Assembly (NCBI GenBank): GCA_039200565.1
Contig: JBCCSG010000001.1
Span: 4,249 to 68,248, forward strand
From: Cyanobacteria bacterium P01_D01_bin.50
Lineage (GTDB): Bacteria > Cyanobacteriota > Cyanobacteriia > Cyanobacteriales > Nostocaceae
Direction: 5' to 3'
Length of the DNA: 64,000 nt
Of this stretch, positions 23,124-33,857 are shown one piece after another. Below the pieces are notes generated by a model, which saw only the letters and a program-made list of their open reading frames with translations, searched no databases and was not told the DNA's origin. A program made the position numbers and the translations under genes. Numbering within the stretch: position 1 is the first letter of the stretch; each line of letters begins with the position of its first letter.

Positions 23124-23477
23124 GCTCCAATACCAATTCTGCATCAGGCAGCAGCGAATCGCTCTCACTCTAGCTATGGTGAAGCTACCACTACAAAGCT
23201 AACCTGCGTTGGCTAAATTTGGTGCATGTTTATAAAGAAATGGTATTAGCTACAATTGTAAAAAAGACGGTTTCTACTACTATTTTCTTTTTGACTCAAA
23301 GAGGAACTTCAGTTTAATTCTTTGTTATTGTGATGGGTTTGGTACGGGATTATTTGATAAGCCTAATTAAAAGAAGATGTATGCTGCTAACACCACAAGA
23401 AGAGCAAGCACAACAATCGCGGCTAATACAACTTTAGCTATAAATTTTGATTCGTCAAATTTAGAAGTTTTGCTTAT

Positions 23478-23511
23478 CTCTTCTAAGAAACAGAAAGGTT
23501 TCTTAGAAGAG
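23478..23511 (-). terminator. strong hairpin immediately after the 107-aa ORF (possible terminator of the uvrA transcription unit)
   Basis: Perfect 14-bp stem ctcttctaagaaac (23478-23491) / gtttcttagaagag (23498-23511) with a 6-nt loop, starting 3 nt after the stop codon. No clear U-tract follows. Confidence 0.45.
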
Positions 23512-23513
23512 GG

Positions 23514-23837
23514 CTAATTACTGTTTTCTTCTACAAATTTGTTCTTTGAGGGAGCAATAGTCTCAGATATTTCTCTGAGGATACTAGCAAAACGCTCGAA
23601 ATCTAAGTAGCTCACTATACGTTTGTCTTCTAATATTTCTTGTAATGAATTCCAATCATCAACGATAGATCCTATTGCTGCTTCAGGAGAAGAATCAAAA
23701 TTACTCCACTCATCACTTGTAATCAACCAGTAAAAATCCGTTTCAACATCTACAAATTCAATCTTGTCATTGTTTATTCGTTGAAGTAAGAACTCGAATA
23801 TTTGCTTGAGATCATCTACTGTAATGCGAATTGTCAT
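23514..23837 (-). CDS. small acidic hypothetical protein, 19 bp downstream of uvrA
   Basis: 107 aa, strongly acidic (DFYWLITSDEWSNFDSSPEAAIGSIVDDWNSLQEILED). No motif recognised. Tightly linked to uvrA on the same strand. Confidence 0.5.
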   Translation of the reverse strand: MTIRITVDDLKQIFEFLLQRINNDKIEFVDVETDFYWLITSDEWSNFDSSPEAAIGSIVDDWNSLQEILEDKRIVSYLDFERFASILREISETIAPSKNKFVEENSN

Positions 23838-23856
23838 GGATTTATTGCTCTATCTT

Positions 23857-26760
23857 TTAAGCTCTAACAGGTGGATACTGTTCCAATACCTGCTTCACAT
23901 ACCTCCCCGTATAAGATTTTTCATTCTTAGCTATATCTTCCGGAGTCCCAACAGCCACAATTTCCCCTCCTTTATCCCCCCCTTCCGGGCCTAAATCTAT
24001 CACCCAATCAGCGCAACGAATCACGTCTAAATTATGCTCAATAACTAATATGGAATTACCTTTATCTACCAATCTTTGCAACACATCTAATAATTTATGT
24101 ACGTCGTAGAAAGATAATCCCGTGGTGGGTTCATCAATTAAATAAAGCGTTTTCCCAGTAGCACGACGGGATAATTCCGTAGCTAATTTTACCCGCTGCG
24201 CTTCACCACCCGATAAGGTTGTGGCGGGTTGTCCCAATTTTACGTATCCCAAACCGACATCTACTAGAGTTTGCAGTTTATTCGCTGCTTTGGGAATATT
24301 GGTAAAAAATCTCAATGCTTCTTCAACTGTCATGTTGAGTACATCAGATATCGATTTATCTTTGTATTTTACCTGTAATGTTTCGCGGTTATATCTAGCA
24401 CCTTTACAGACTTCGCACTGTACGTAAACGTCGGGTAAAAAGTTCATTTCGATCACGTTTACACCTTGCCCTGCACAAGCTTCGCAACGCCCACCTTTAA
24501 CGTTGAAAGAAAATTGTCCCGGTTTGTAACCCCGCGCTTTGGCTTCGATAGTTTCGGAAAATACTGCACGAATTGCATCGAATACCCCCGTATAAGTCGC
24601 CGGATTGGAACGAGGGGTTCTACCGATGGGCGATTGGTCGATTACAATTGCTTTATCAATTGCTTTTAATCCCTTGATTCCATCGATTTCTTTGGGCATG
24701 GGAATTTTTTTGTTCAGATGATGCTGTAGTGCGGGATAAAGTAATTCGTTGACTAAAGTTGATTTACCCGAACCCGAAACACCCGTTACCGTAACTAATT
24801 TACCTAAAGGAATTTCTACATTAATATTACGCAGGTTGTTACGATGGGCGTTTTCAATGACTAAATTTATGCCGTTTCCTTCTCTTCTCTGAGGGGGAGT
24901 TTCAATTACTCGCCTTCCCGATAAATAGGCACCAGTTAGGGAATCCTCCGCATCTAGCATCGCCTGCAAATCGCCTTGGGCTACAATCTCCCCTCCGTGA
25001 ATACCCGCACCAGGACCGATATCAACAACGTGGTCGGCAGCGCGAATTGTTTCTTCATCGTGTTCTACTACAATTAATGTATTGCCTAAATCCCGCAATC
25101 TAAATAAAGTTTGCAACAATCTGCCGTTATCGCGCTGGTGTAAACCGATGCTTGGCTCATCCAGTACGTACAATACCCCAGTTAACCCCGAACCAATTTG
25201 AGTAGCTAACCGAATCCGCTGAGCTTCCCCACCCGAAAGCGTCATCGCAGTACGATTTAAAGTTAAATAATTCAAACCCACATCCAAAAGAAACTGCAAC
25301 CGCGCTTTAATTTCGCGCAATACCAAGTCTGCAATTTGCATTTGGCGTTTACTTAACTGTAAATTATTAATTCTTTCCTGAGCTTCAGTAATCGAAACTC
25401 CAGTCAAATCTAAAATTCGATACTGTCCCAATCTCACCGCTAAAGCTTCCGGCTTCAACTTTTTCCCATCACATACCGGACAAGGTTGGTCAATTATATA
25501 TTGTTCTAATTTGTGCTTAATTAATTCCGAACCACCCTCATACTGACGCTGTAAAATCGGCAACACACCTTTAAATTTCTTGGTTCGTTCCGATTCCGGA
25601 GTTTTCTTTTCTCCCTGGAGAATTATCTCCTGCTGTTCCGGTGTCAAATTTTGCCACTGCGTCTGTAATTCAAACCCATAATCTTGTCCCAGAGCGTAAA
25701 GTAATTCCAAATAATAAGAATTATCTTTTTCAGACCAAGGTGCGATCGCCGCATATATTGGTACTTGAGGATCGGGAACAACTAAATCGGGTGAAAATCT
25801 TTTTAATGTGCCGATTCCATGACAATTGGGACAAGCACCATAAGGTGAGTTAAAGGAAAATAAGCGTGGTGATAATTCTTCCATTACCGCGCCATGTTCG
25901 GGACAAGCGAAGTTTTCGGAAAAGACTAATTCTTGATCTTGGTTAGTTGATGGTTGTTTGTTGTTAGTTGATGGAGTATCTTCGGAAACTGAAGTATAGA
26001 GGATTACAGCTATTCCCTTGGATTGCTTTAAACAAGTAGAAAGAGAATCGACTAAACGCTCTTCAATACCGGGTTTTTTTATTAAACGGTCTATAACAAC
26101 TTCTATAGTGTGAGTATATTTTTTATTTAATTCTATAGAATCCGAAAGTTCTCGCACCTCGCCATCAATACGAACCCGAACAAATCCTTGAGAAGCAAGA
26201 CTAGATAATAATTTAGCGTGAGTACCTTTCTTACCGCGAACCACCGGTGCAAGGATTTGGAACTTAGTACGTTCGGGTAACTCCATGATTTTATCTACCA
26301 TTTCATCTATCGTTTGAGGAGCGATAGACCTGTCACATATGGGACAATGGGGTTCGCCAGCTCTACCAAACAACAGACGTAGGTAATCGTAAATTTCCGT
26401 TACCGTTCCCACAGTAGAACGCGGGTTATGAGAAGTTGACTTTTGATCGATGGAAATCGCTGGACTTAATCCTTCAATTGCCTCCACATCCGGCTTATCC
26501 ATTTGTCCCAAAAATTGCCGCGCATAGGAACTAAGGGACTCAACATAACGGCGCTGCCCTTCAGCAAAGATGGTATCAAATGCTAAAGAAGACTTACCGG
26601 AACCAGAAACACCAGTAAAAACAATCAGTTGGCCCGAAGGTATTTCTAAATCAACATTTTTTAAATTATGCTGCCTAGCACCGCGAATGCGGATTGTATT
26701 TTGATGGTGGGAGTTAGGAAGGTATCCGTTTAGGGATGCAGCTAACTTAGTTTCTGACAT
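23857..26760 (-). CDS. uvrA: excinuclease ABC subunit A
   Basis: 967 aa. Two ABC modules (GVSGSGKSSLAFDT, GVSGSGKSTLVNE; two LSGGEAQR signatures) and zinc-finger Cys clusters (CPICDR, CPVCDG, CEACAGQG...CEVCKG). Confidence 0.98.
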   Translation of the reverse strand: MSETKLAASLNGYLPNSHHQNTIRIRGARQHNLKNVDLEIPSGQLIVFTGVSGSGKSSLAFDTIFAEGQRRYVESLSSYARQFLGQMDKPDVEAIEGLSPAISIDQKSTSHNPRSTVGTVTEIYDYLRLLFGRAGEPHCPICDRSIAPQTIDEMVDKIMELPERTKFQILAPVVRGKKGTHAKLLSSLASQGFVRVRIDGEVRELSDSIELNKKYTHTIEVVIDRLIKKPGIEERLVDSLSTCLKQSKGIAVILYTSVSEDTPSTNNKQPSTNQDQELVFSENFACPEHGAVMEELSPRLFSFNSPYGACPNCHGIGTLKRFSPDLVVPDPQVPIYAAIAPWSEKDNSYYLELLYALGQDYGFELQTQWQNLTPEQQEIILQGEKKTPESERTKKFKGVLPILQRQYEGGSELIKHKLEQYIIDQPCPVCDGKKLKPEALAVRLGQYRILDLTGVSITEAQERINNLQLSKRQMQIADLVLREIKARLQFLLDVGLNYLTLNRTAMTLSGGEAQRIRLATQIGSGLTGVLYVLDEPSIGLHQRDNGRLLQTLFRLRDLGNTLIVVEHDEETIRAADHVVDIGPGAGIHGGEIVAQGDLQAMLDAEDSLTGAYLSGRRVIETPPQRREGNGINLVIENAHRNNLRNINVEIPLGKLVTVTGVSGSGKSTLVNELLYPALQHHLNKKIPMPKEIDGIKGLKAIDKAIVIDQSPIGRTPRSNPATYTGVFDAIRAVFSETIEAKARGYKPGQFSFNVKGGRCEACAGQGVNVIEMNFLPDVYVQCEVCKGARYNRETLQVKYKDKSISDVLNMTVEEALRFFTNIPKAANKLQTLVDVGLGYVKLGQPATTLSGGEAQRVKLATELSRRATGKTLYLIDEPTTGLSFYDVHKLLDVLQRLVDKGNSILVIEHNLDVIRCADWVIDLGPEGGDKGGEIVAVGTPEDIAKNEKSYTGRYVKQVLEQYPPVRA

Positions 26761-27148
26761 ATCAGCTTTCTGGGGATGGCGGCAAGGGACAATCCTTAAT
26801 AATACTATCGTTACTGTTGTTATGGTAGAACAATCGTACTGAAAATGTGAAATAAAGCCTAAGAGTGTGGGGGTATAGTTTGCAGAATTGGGATTATATT
26901 TTTCCTTTCTCTTAAGAATTCGTAAATTTATTAACTCAATTTACGATTTATTAATTAGGGTGTATTTTTATTCATTTCTACCCCTTTTTCCCAAGGGGCA
27001 ATATTAATTTAGTGGACTACTAAGAAGTCCCCAGATTTAGTGAAACGGAATCTGAGGACGACAGCAAGCAGTAAATAGGAGGCGAAGATCAACAGTTAAT
27101 AGCGGTTGCAAACCAATTATGATTATTCAGTTATTTTGACTCAAAAGA

Positions 27149-28156
27149 TTATAATTTTATGTTTTGTAAATTACTACGGGGATTAAAGGTACGGATATCT
27201 CGGATTTTTTCATAATATTCCCGCTCTTGAGGGCTAATATCCTTAGGTGTAGCGATCGCAATCTTGACTAATTGGTCGCTGCGCTCGCCTGATTTCTTGT
27301 GCCAACCCTTACCGCGTAAGCGTAAGGATTGACCTGCACGTACACCTGCTGGAAGCTTCACGTCAACCATACCGTCAGGTGTTGGTACTCCAATGGTTGC
27401 TCCCAATACTGCTTCATCGGGAGTAATCTGTATTTCACAGACCAAATTCTCCCCATCAAATTTGAAAAATGGGTGAGAAGCAAGTTCTACGACCAGGTAT
27501 AAATCGCCACGTCTTTGATTTAAAGGGCTAACTGGCCCTTTACCTCTAACTCGTAGGCGACTGCCAGGCTTTGCGCCAGCAGGTATGCGAACATCAATAG
27601 TTTCACTGCCTAAATTAAAGCGCTTTTGTACCCCATTGAAAGCTTCCGAATAAGTTAAAGAAATTGTAGCTTCACTATCTTGAGCAGCACCTCCACCCAT
27701 ATCTTGGAAACCGCCATAGTCATTAAACCCACCAAAACCACCCGTACCACCAGGTGAAGTCCGATAGGAATAGCTTTGTCTTCCTCCACGGTTTCCACCA
27801 CCAAAGCGTCCTAATAATTCATTAATAAAATCGTCAAAGCTACTATATTGACCGAAATCAAAGCCATTCATATCTACACCGCCAGCAGCACCACCACCGG
27901 GGAATCCTTGTCCGACTTGCTTCCAATATTGACCAAATTGGTCGTATTTCTGACGCTTTTGTGGGTCTGATAATACTTCGTATGCTTCGTTAACTTCTTT
28001 AAAACGCGCCTCGGCTTCCTTATTACCTTGGTTTACGTCAGGATGATATTTACGGGCTAATTTACGAAAAGCTTTTTTAATATCTTCTTGAGTAGCGCTT
28101 TTATTTACTCCTAAAATCCGATAATAATCTTTGAAGTCGGTTGCAGCCATCGACAA
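27149..28156 (-). CDS. DnaJ-family co-chaperone, class II (J domain + G/F region + C-terminal domains, no Zn finger)
   Basis: J domain DYYRILGV...[11 protein letters not shown], a Gly/Phe-rich region, and CTD blocks ([10 protein letters not shown]). The CxxCxGxG repeats are absent. Confidence 0.88.
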   Translation of the reverse strand: MSMAATDFKDYYRILGVNKSATQEDIKKAFRKLARKYHPDVNQGNKEAEARFKEVNEAYEVLSDPQKRQKYDQFGQYWKQVGQGFPGGGAAGGVDMNGFDFGQYSSFDDFINELLGRFGGGNRGGRQSYSYRTSPGGTGGFGGFNDYGGFQDMGGGAAQDSEATISLTYSEAFNGVQKRFNLGSETIDVRIPAGAKPGSRLRVRGKGPVSPLNQRRGDLYLVVELASHPFFKFDGENLVCEIQITPDEAVLGATIGVPTPDGMVDVKLPAGVRAGQSLRLRGKGWHKKSGERSDQLVKIAIATPKDISPQEREYYEKIRDIRTFNPRSNLQNIKL

Positions 28157-28419
28157 TCCTCCTCGCTTATACTTACTTTATATTTTTTCCATGTATGAAT
28201 TGAGTCAAAAATCCTGCGTAAGTTACGATCGCGGACATTCGGACTCTGATTTTAAATTAACAAATATTAAATAATTTCTAGGTGCGGTTCTTGCTAGTCT
28301 GGAGCAGGGAAATTTCCGTACAAAACACAAATGTTGGCAAAGAGGTGAACTTTAATTTAAATATCGCCCCTTCAAGAGACCGCGCTTCTATATGAAAGCA
28401 AAAAAATTTTGAGTAGCAA

Positions 28420-28510
28420 GACTTACGCACTCTTGACAACAAATTGAATATTTTAGACTAAAGGGCGTTGATTTGACCTGTAAATCAATTAATTGTAGGG
28501 TGCGTAAGTC
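28420..28510. mobile_element. MITE-like 91-bp element with 11-bp perfect terminal inverted repeats
   Basis: GACTTACGCAC (28420-28430) ... GTGCGTAAGTC (28500-28510). The internal tgtagggtgc and cttgacaa motifs are shared with the repeats at 59066 and 61281. Confidence 0.5.
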
Positions 28511-28596
28511 AGGATTATTTGATAGTAATTAGTTGTTAGATATTTTACTAACTACTTTTATGCTATCCAAGTTTCCTTTTTATTAACGATTACTGA

Positions 28597-29886
28597 CTAA
28601 ATGATTGTTTTGTCAGCGATCTTTGCATTTTTAAGTACTACTACAATACCGTTGCGGATGTAAAAGCCTTGGTGTTCACGGTCAGCTTCTTGGACGTTAT
28701 CTTTGTTGATAATTTGCACGTCACAACCTATATAGGCATTTTTATCAATAATGGCACGTCGAACTATAGTGTTTGCTCCGATACCTAAACCGACGGGGCC
28801 ATCGCTACAGCCCGACTGACGTTCGGCATAGGGCTGGTAAAAATCTGCTCCCATAATCAAAGTATCTTCGATATTGCATCCAGATTCAACACGGGTTCGC
28901 ACTCCTAAAACCGAGTTAACAATACGGCAATCTTTGAGAATACAACCTTCTCCAATCATTGATTGTGCTATTTGACAATTTAATAGTTTAGTCGGAGGTA
29001 GGTAACGAGAACGGGTGTAAATCGGCGCTTCTTCGTCATAAAAGCTAAAGGGTGGTTGGGGTTGTTGATTTAATGTCAGATTTGAGTTGTAAAACGCCTC
29101 AATGGTTCCAATATCTTCCCAATAGTCATCGAACAAGTAAGCTTGAATGTTGTAATTATCTAAGGCACTAGGAAGAATTTCCTTACCGAAATCGGTTTGG
29201 TCTTTTGATTGTTTTAGCAAGTCAAGTAAAACTTGTTTTTTAAAGACGTAAATCCCCATTGAGGCGATGTAAGGCTTTTCTTTAGCTTGGTCTGCATCCA
29301 AACCAAGTACAGTTGTATCAACAGCCATTGTCTTTAAAGCATCACCTTTAGGTTTTTCGCTGAAGCTCAAAACCTTACCATTATCATCAATTTTTATTAA
29401 ACCAAAGGCAGAAGCACCACGTTCGTTCATCGGAACCACTGATAAAGTCACATCAGCTCCAGTTTCTCGATGACGTTCAACAAACTGACGGTAATCCATG
29501 CGATAAAGATGATCGCCAGATAAAATAAGATATTCATCTACATCCCATTCTTGAAAAAGCCACTGATACTGACGCACCGCATCGGCAGTACCTTGAAACC
29601 AACTTGAACTACTTGGGGTTTTCTGTGGGGCTAGAACTTCTACGAAACCTTCGGTAAAACCAGCAAAGCTGTAAGTACGAGCAAGGTGGCGGTTTAGGGA
29701 AGCTGAATTGAACTGCGTCAAAACATAAATTTTAAATATTTCTGAATTTATACAGTTACTAACTGGAATATCTATCAAACGATATTTCCCAGCTAATGGA
29801 ACCGCCGGTTTTGCACGGAACTTGGTTAATGGATAAAGGCGGGTACCCGCACCACCACCAAGAATAATACCTAAAACTTTTTTCAT
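28597..29886 (-). CDS. glgC: glucose-1-phosphate adenylyltransferase
   Basis: 429 aa. N-terminal [38 protein letters not shown] and a C-terminal left-handed beta-helix region. Confidence 0.96.
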   Translation of the reverse strand: MKKVLGIILGGGAGTRLYPLTKFRAKPAVPLAGKYRLIDIPVSNCINSEIFKIYVLTQFNSASLNRHLARTYSFAGFTEGFVEVLAPQKTPSSSSWFQGTADAVRQYQWLFQEWDVDEYLILSGDHLYRMDYRQFVERHRETGADVTLSVVPMNERGASAFGLIKIDDNGKVLSFSEKPKGDALKTMAVDTTVLGLDADQAKEKPYIASMGIYVFKKQVLLDLLKQSKDQTDFGKEILPSALDNYNIQAYLFDDYWEDIGTIEAFYNSNLTLNQQPQPPFSFYDEEAPIYTRSRYLPPTKLLNCQIAQSMIGEGCILKDCRIVNSVLGVRTRVESGCNIEDTLIMGADFYQPYAERQSGCSDGPVGLGIGANTIVRRAIIDKNAYIGCDVQIINKDNVQEADREHQGFYIRNGIVVVLKNAKIADKTII

Positions 29887-30089
29887 TTTATATTTCTCCA
29901 GACTGCCGATCTGCTCTCACTAATCAGTTTATGACTGTGTGTGACAGCTCGCACAGAGAAATCAAAGATTAAGGTAAGTTAATGAAAACACTATAGCTGT
30001 AGTTACAAATGATACTCATAATCTGAAACAAATTACGCTCATGTATCAATTGATATTAAAATTTATAAGCGAATTATATTTTTTTAATC

Positions 30090-30422
30090 CTAATTCTGAT
30101 TTACAAAACGCAATTTCTCAGAAAGCTTCAGATACTGTACCCAAGGCTGCTCCGAAAGCTGAGAAATTGCATTTGCGGATAATGTTGCCGTTAACACATT
30201 TTTTCCTTCAGTTATATTACTGATATTAAAACTTTCTAAAAGAGCAGTTGCTGTAGGATCTAGAACGGATTCAGTATGAATGAAAACTACTAAACAAGGT
30301 TTTGATGGGTCTTTGATTTGTTTAAGTGCCAGTATAAGAGCGGTATCTAACTTAGCAAAATTCATAAACTCTTGAAGTGAAGAAGGGGCAGGTAATAATA
30401 ATCTTACTTGTCCCTTTTTCAA
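30090..30422 (-). CDS. free-standing paralogue of the S8 peptidase N-terminal (pro/inhibitor-like) region
   Basis: The 110-aa sequence aligns by eye with residues ~5-105 of the neighbouring peptidase. KLDTALILA...KPCLVVFIHTES...KNVLTATLSANAISQLSEQPWVQYLKLSEKL compares with KLSPGILLA...KPIRTVVFIYCDE...GRVRTAFLPIESLGRLSNEVAIERIKPSRKL. Confidence 0.5.
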   Translation of the reverse strand: MKKGQVRLLLPAPSSLQEFMNFAKLDTALILALKQIKDPSKPCLVVFIHTESVLDPTATALLESFNISNITEGKNVLTATLSANAISQLSEQPWVQYLKLSEKLRFVNQN

Positions 30423-30691
30423 CCTATCAAGTATACAGTTAACTAAAATCCATCCTTCCTCATATAAAGGATTTAATCGGGCGGTAATATGGGATAATTA
30501 GAACCATAGGGTTTGAATCAGTAATTTCATAAACTTCCTTGCTCTTTAGCAGGTAAGTAAGCTGAGGCTAGCAGTAGATCCAAGCCTCATTTATTGCGTT
30601 AGGTTAGATCAGGTATTTGAATTGATAGTCATCAAAGTTTTTGAATTTAGCGATCCTTGATAATTGGTCAAATACCAACTACTAGCCAAAT

Positions 30692-32434
30692 TTAAAGATT
30701 TTCTGCATTAATTAACCCAAATCCCCACTTATTATCAAATGTTCCTTGTTTTCGATCGGGAATAGAACTATTTTTGTATAGCAGTTTTTTCACGGCTTCG
30801 GGGTCAAGTTTAGGATTACGTTGCAGCAGTAGTGCAACTAAGCCAGTCACGAATGGCGTAGCCATACTAGTACCGGCTAATGCTACAAACTTGGAATTAA
30901 TAATCATCGACCGATTTAAATCCGCATCGCTAGAAAGGGCTGAAACTATCATTGCCCCTGGTGCAGCAATATCTGGCTTTTGAACGCCATTCCGTAAAGG
31001 TCCTTCACTACTAAACTCTGAAATAGCATCTAACTCTAGACCCATTTTTCGTTCTTTGCCATCAATATCAGTATATTTATCTTTTGAAGTATAAGATGCA
31101 ACTGTTATAGCATCGTTAGCACATCCGGGAGAACCAATTTTTACAGAATCAGCAATACTTTTACCCGTAAAAAATACTGAATTAGCGTCATCTAAAGTCC
31201 AAACATCTACACGAGTGTCTTTTGACGATATGTTGCGTAGTCGCAATTGCCACACACCACCTGGTACGGGTTGATAAAATTGTCCTTCACCAGTACCGCG
31301 AATTTGCACGAAGAAATTATAATCGCCGTTCATTGGATCTTGTCCCGGTGTTACTATTTCTACTAGTGCATCTGATAAGTTGTATTGTTGTGCGGGATTA
31401 TCGTTAGTAATAATTGGTTGGAAAGGAGTAACAAAACCGTTGGGACTCCGCACCGAAACTTCTAGCTCGGAATCTTTAGAATACCAACCATTTAACCACA
31501 ATATACCTACTTGATTTAAAGGTGCAGAAAAACGCATGGTGCTCATATCGCCACAGCTAACAACGGTTTGGCCGTGAATGTTGTCGTTACCTTCATTACC
31601 TGCAGCAGCACAAACAATCCTTCCCGGGCCAGTTTCAGCATTGATAATTTTCGACAGAGAATCCGTACCATCATGACCATCGGCGTGTCCGCCTAAGCTT
31701 AGATTTACAACAGCTGGAAGCCCCATCTCGCTGGCAACTCGGAAAACATAGCGAACACCATCGGCGATATGAGCATCCTGTAAATCAGTTTTGACAATAA
31801 TAAATTCTGATTCAGGTGCAACACCGCAAAATTCTGTATCAAAACCCCCAGCAATACCTGCAACATGAGTACCATGTCCGTCTGAATCAAGAGACATCCC
31901 CATGTATTTGTTGGTTAATTCAGCACCGTAGCTGCCTTCTGCAACTCCCTTTCCTGATAATGTTTGGTCCCAAATACGTAAAATGCGTCGGTTAAAAGCA
32001 GGATGTTGTGAATCAATACCACTATCTATAATACCGATAACTACGCCTTTACCACTCAGTTTTGAGTTTTTTTGTCTAAATTGCGGTAAGGCTACTTTTT
32101 CCGGTGCAATATCCATGCGCCAGTGCAATTTTCGCGATGGTTTGATACGCTCAATAGCAACTTCATTTGACAAACGCCCTAAACTCTCGATAGGTAAAAA
32201 AGCAGTTCGCACTCGACCACTATTTTGGTTGATTTTAATGCCGTATTGTGATAGGTGACTCAAGTCTGCTTGTTCGTCACAATAAATAAAAACTACGGTA
32301 CGAATTGGCTTCAAGGCAGTTCTGGGCGCAATGATACCGAGGGAACGCCTGTGAGTTGTTAGTGCTTTACCTCCTTCTCTATTATAGTCTTCATAAGCTA
32401 ACAATATTCCAGGAGAAAGTTTTTCGTGTCTCAT
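30692..32434 (-). CDS. S8 (subtilisin-family) serine peptidase without obvious signal peptide
   Basis: Catalytic triad contexts VVIGIIDSGID (Asp), HGTHVAGIAGG (His) and GTSMATPFVTG (Ser). Confidence 0.93.
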   Translation of the reverse strand: MRHEKLSPGILLAYEDYNREGGKALTTHRRSLGIIAPRTALKPIRTVVFIYCDEQADLSHLSQYGIKINQNSGRVRTAFLPIESLGRLSNEVAIERIKPSRKLHWRMDIAPEKVALPQFRQKNSKLSGKGVVIGIIDSGIDSQHPAFNRRILRIWDQTLSGKGVAEGSYGAELTNKYMGMSLDSDGHGTHVAGIAGGFDTEFCGVAPESEFIIVKTDLQDAHIADGVRYVFRVASEMGLPAVVNLSLGGHADGHDGTDSLSKIINAETGPGRIVCAAAGNEGNDNIHGQTVVSCGDMSTMRFSAPLNQVGILWLNGWYSKDSELEVSVRSPNGFVTPFQPIITNDNPAQQYNLSDALVEIVTPGQDPMNGDYNFFVQIRGTGEGQFYQPVPGGVWQLRLRNISSKDTRVDVWTLDDANSVFFTGKSIADSVKIGSPGCANDAITVASYTSKDKYTDIDGKERKMGLELDAISEFSSEGPLRNGVQKPDIAAPGAMIVSALSSDADLNRSMIINSKFVALAGTSMATPFVTGLVALLLQRNPKLDPEAVKKLLYKNSSIPDRKQGTFDNKWGFGLINAENL

Positions 32435-33857
32435 ATTAACCTCTACTTAACTTTGAGTGCCCGAAAATTTTACCAGGATAAGTCGCCTAAATTACATTTA
32501 CTACAAGTCTTTTTTGATCTTTTATAGTTTAATAAAATTATAGTTATATTTTTTTACAATCAAGATATTTGCTTTGTAGCTGCATATCGATGATTCTCTA
32601 GAAGACAAACTAATGACTCCTTAACGAGAGCCACTGAATAAGTACACAGTTTTATTTGTTTACTCCAGATAATCGAATAAAATGAAGGATAGCTTTACGG
32701 ATAAATGGGTGCTTAAGTACGGCTTCGCTTGATGGTTTATTCTATAGAGAAGTTTTTGTTCTATGACATATCTACATGTAAATTCATATCGTCACTAGGC
32801 AACGCCCAAAATTTGGCATTACTGAATTAAAATATTAATTAAAAATTTTGGTTTATGTAGAGAAGTTAAATCCAATGCCTCAATAGCGGTTTTGATAATA
32901 ATACAAAACTGTAGACAAACATAATTCATTACATTATTCAGCAACGCCCAAAATTTTACTAGTTTGAGCTATAGTTGCATTGTTTTAATACGCCAAAAAT
33001 AAAGCGTACCAGATTTTACTTGCAATTTCCAAAAACGATAATCATATCTCCAACGCAACATCCAGATTAATAGTGCAAAATTTTTATCAAAATTAATCTT
33101 CAAGGACAGACTATAATCTATTTCCAGCTATTAACTTACGTATTTTCTCTATGTACACTAGTATAACTTATTTGTTATGGTTGATGCAAAGGATTGTAAC
33201 TAACTTGTTTTAGGGTAGTTTTTAATTTGACAGAAGCATAATCTGTTTGGTTAATCTGTTGAATCATGATTAGTTCTTTCAATAATACGTTATTATAAAT
33301 TTTCATTTGATCTAAGCGATCAAAATTTCAGCCTATCAAATAGTATTAAATTGAAGTTTTTGTTACAAAAAATTAAAAAACAATAAAAAAATTATCATTT
33401 TTCTCTCAATTTGTGACAAAATATCGAGTTCATAGTGGTTTAAGTTGATGACAGAGTTAATTCAGAAAAATCAAATATTCATCGAGATAGAATCTTATTA
33501 ATTATTGTGAAAATAAAAATATAATTGAATAATTTAGTGGTTGCCATTATGGTTGAACAAGAGATATAAAATAGACGAGGAATTAAAAATTTTATCATTA
33601 CTATCTATTTGATTTTATTGAAAATAAAAGTTGATCGATAGTGGCGATTTAATGTTTTTAGTTTTCTCAATAAATCAAATATAGTATTGGTTATGAAAAT
33701 CAGAAATACTTCATAATATAGCATGCAAAACATAAATATTTGCATTCATAGAAAGAGAAAGAAGTTGATAGTAAAGTAAAATTTAATTAGCTTAAATTTT
33801 ATTTTCATTGTTTATATAAATAAAAATATAAAGTATTGACTACCATCAGAAAGTACC

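Noticed and set aside
30692-32434. S8 peptidase considered as an IetS-like component of an IetAS-type defence pair
   Set aside because: No ATPase gene is adjacent on either side: 1.4 kb of non-coding DNA lies upstream and only a 110-aa prodomain-like ORF lies downstream. The two-gene architecture is therefore absent.
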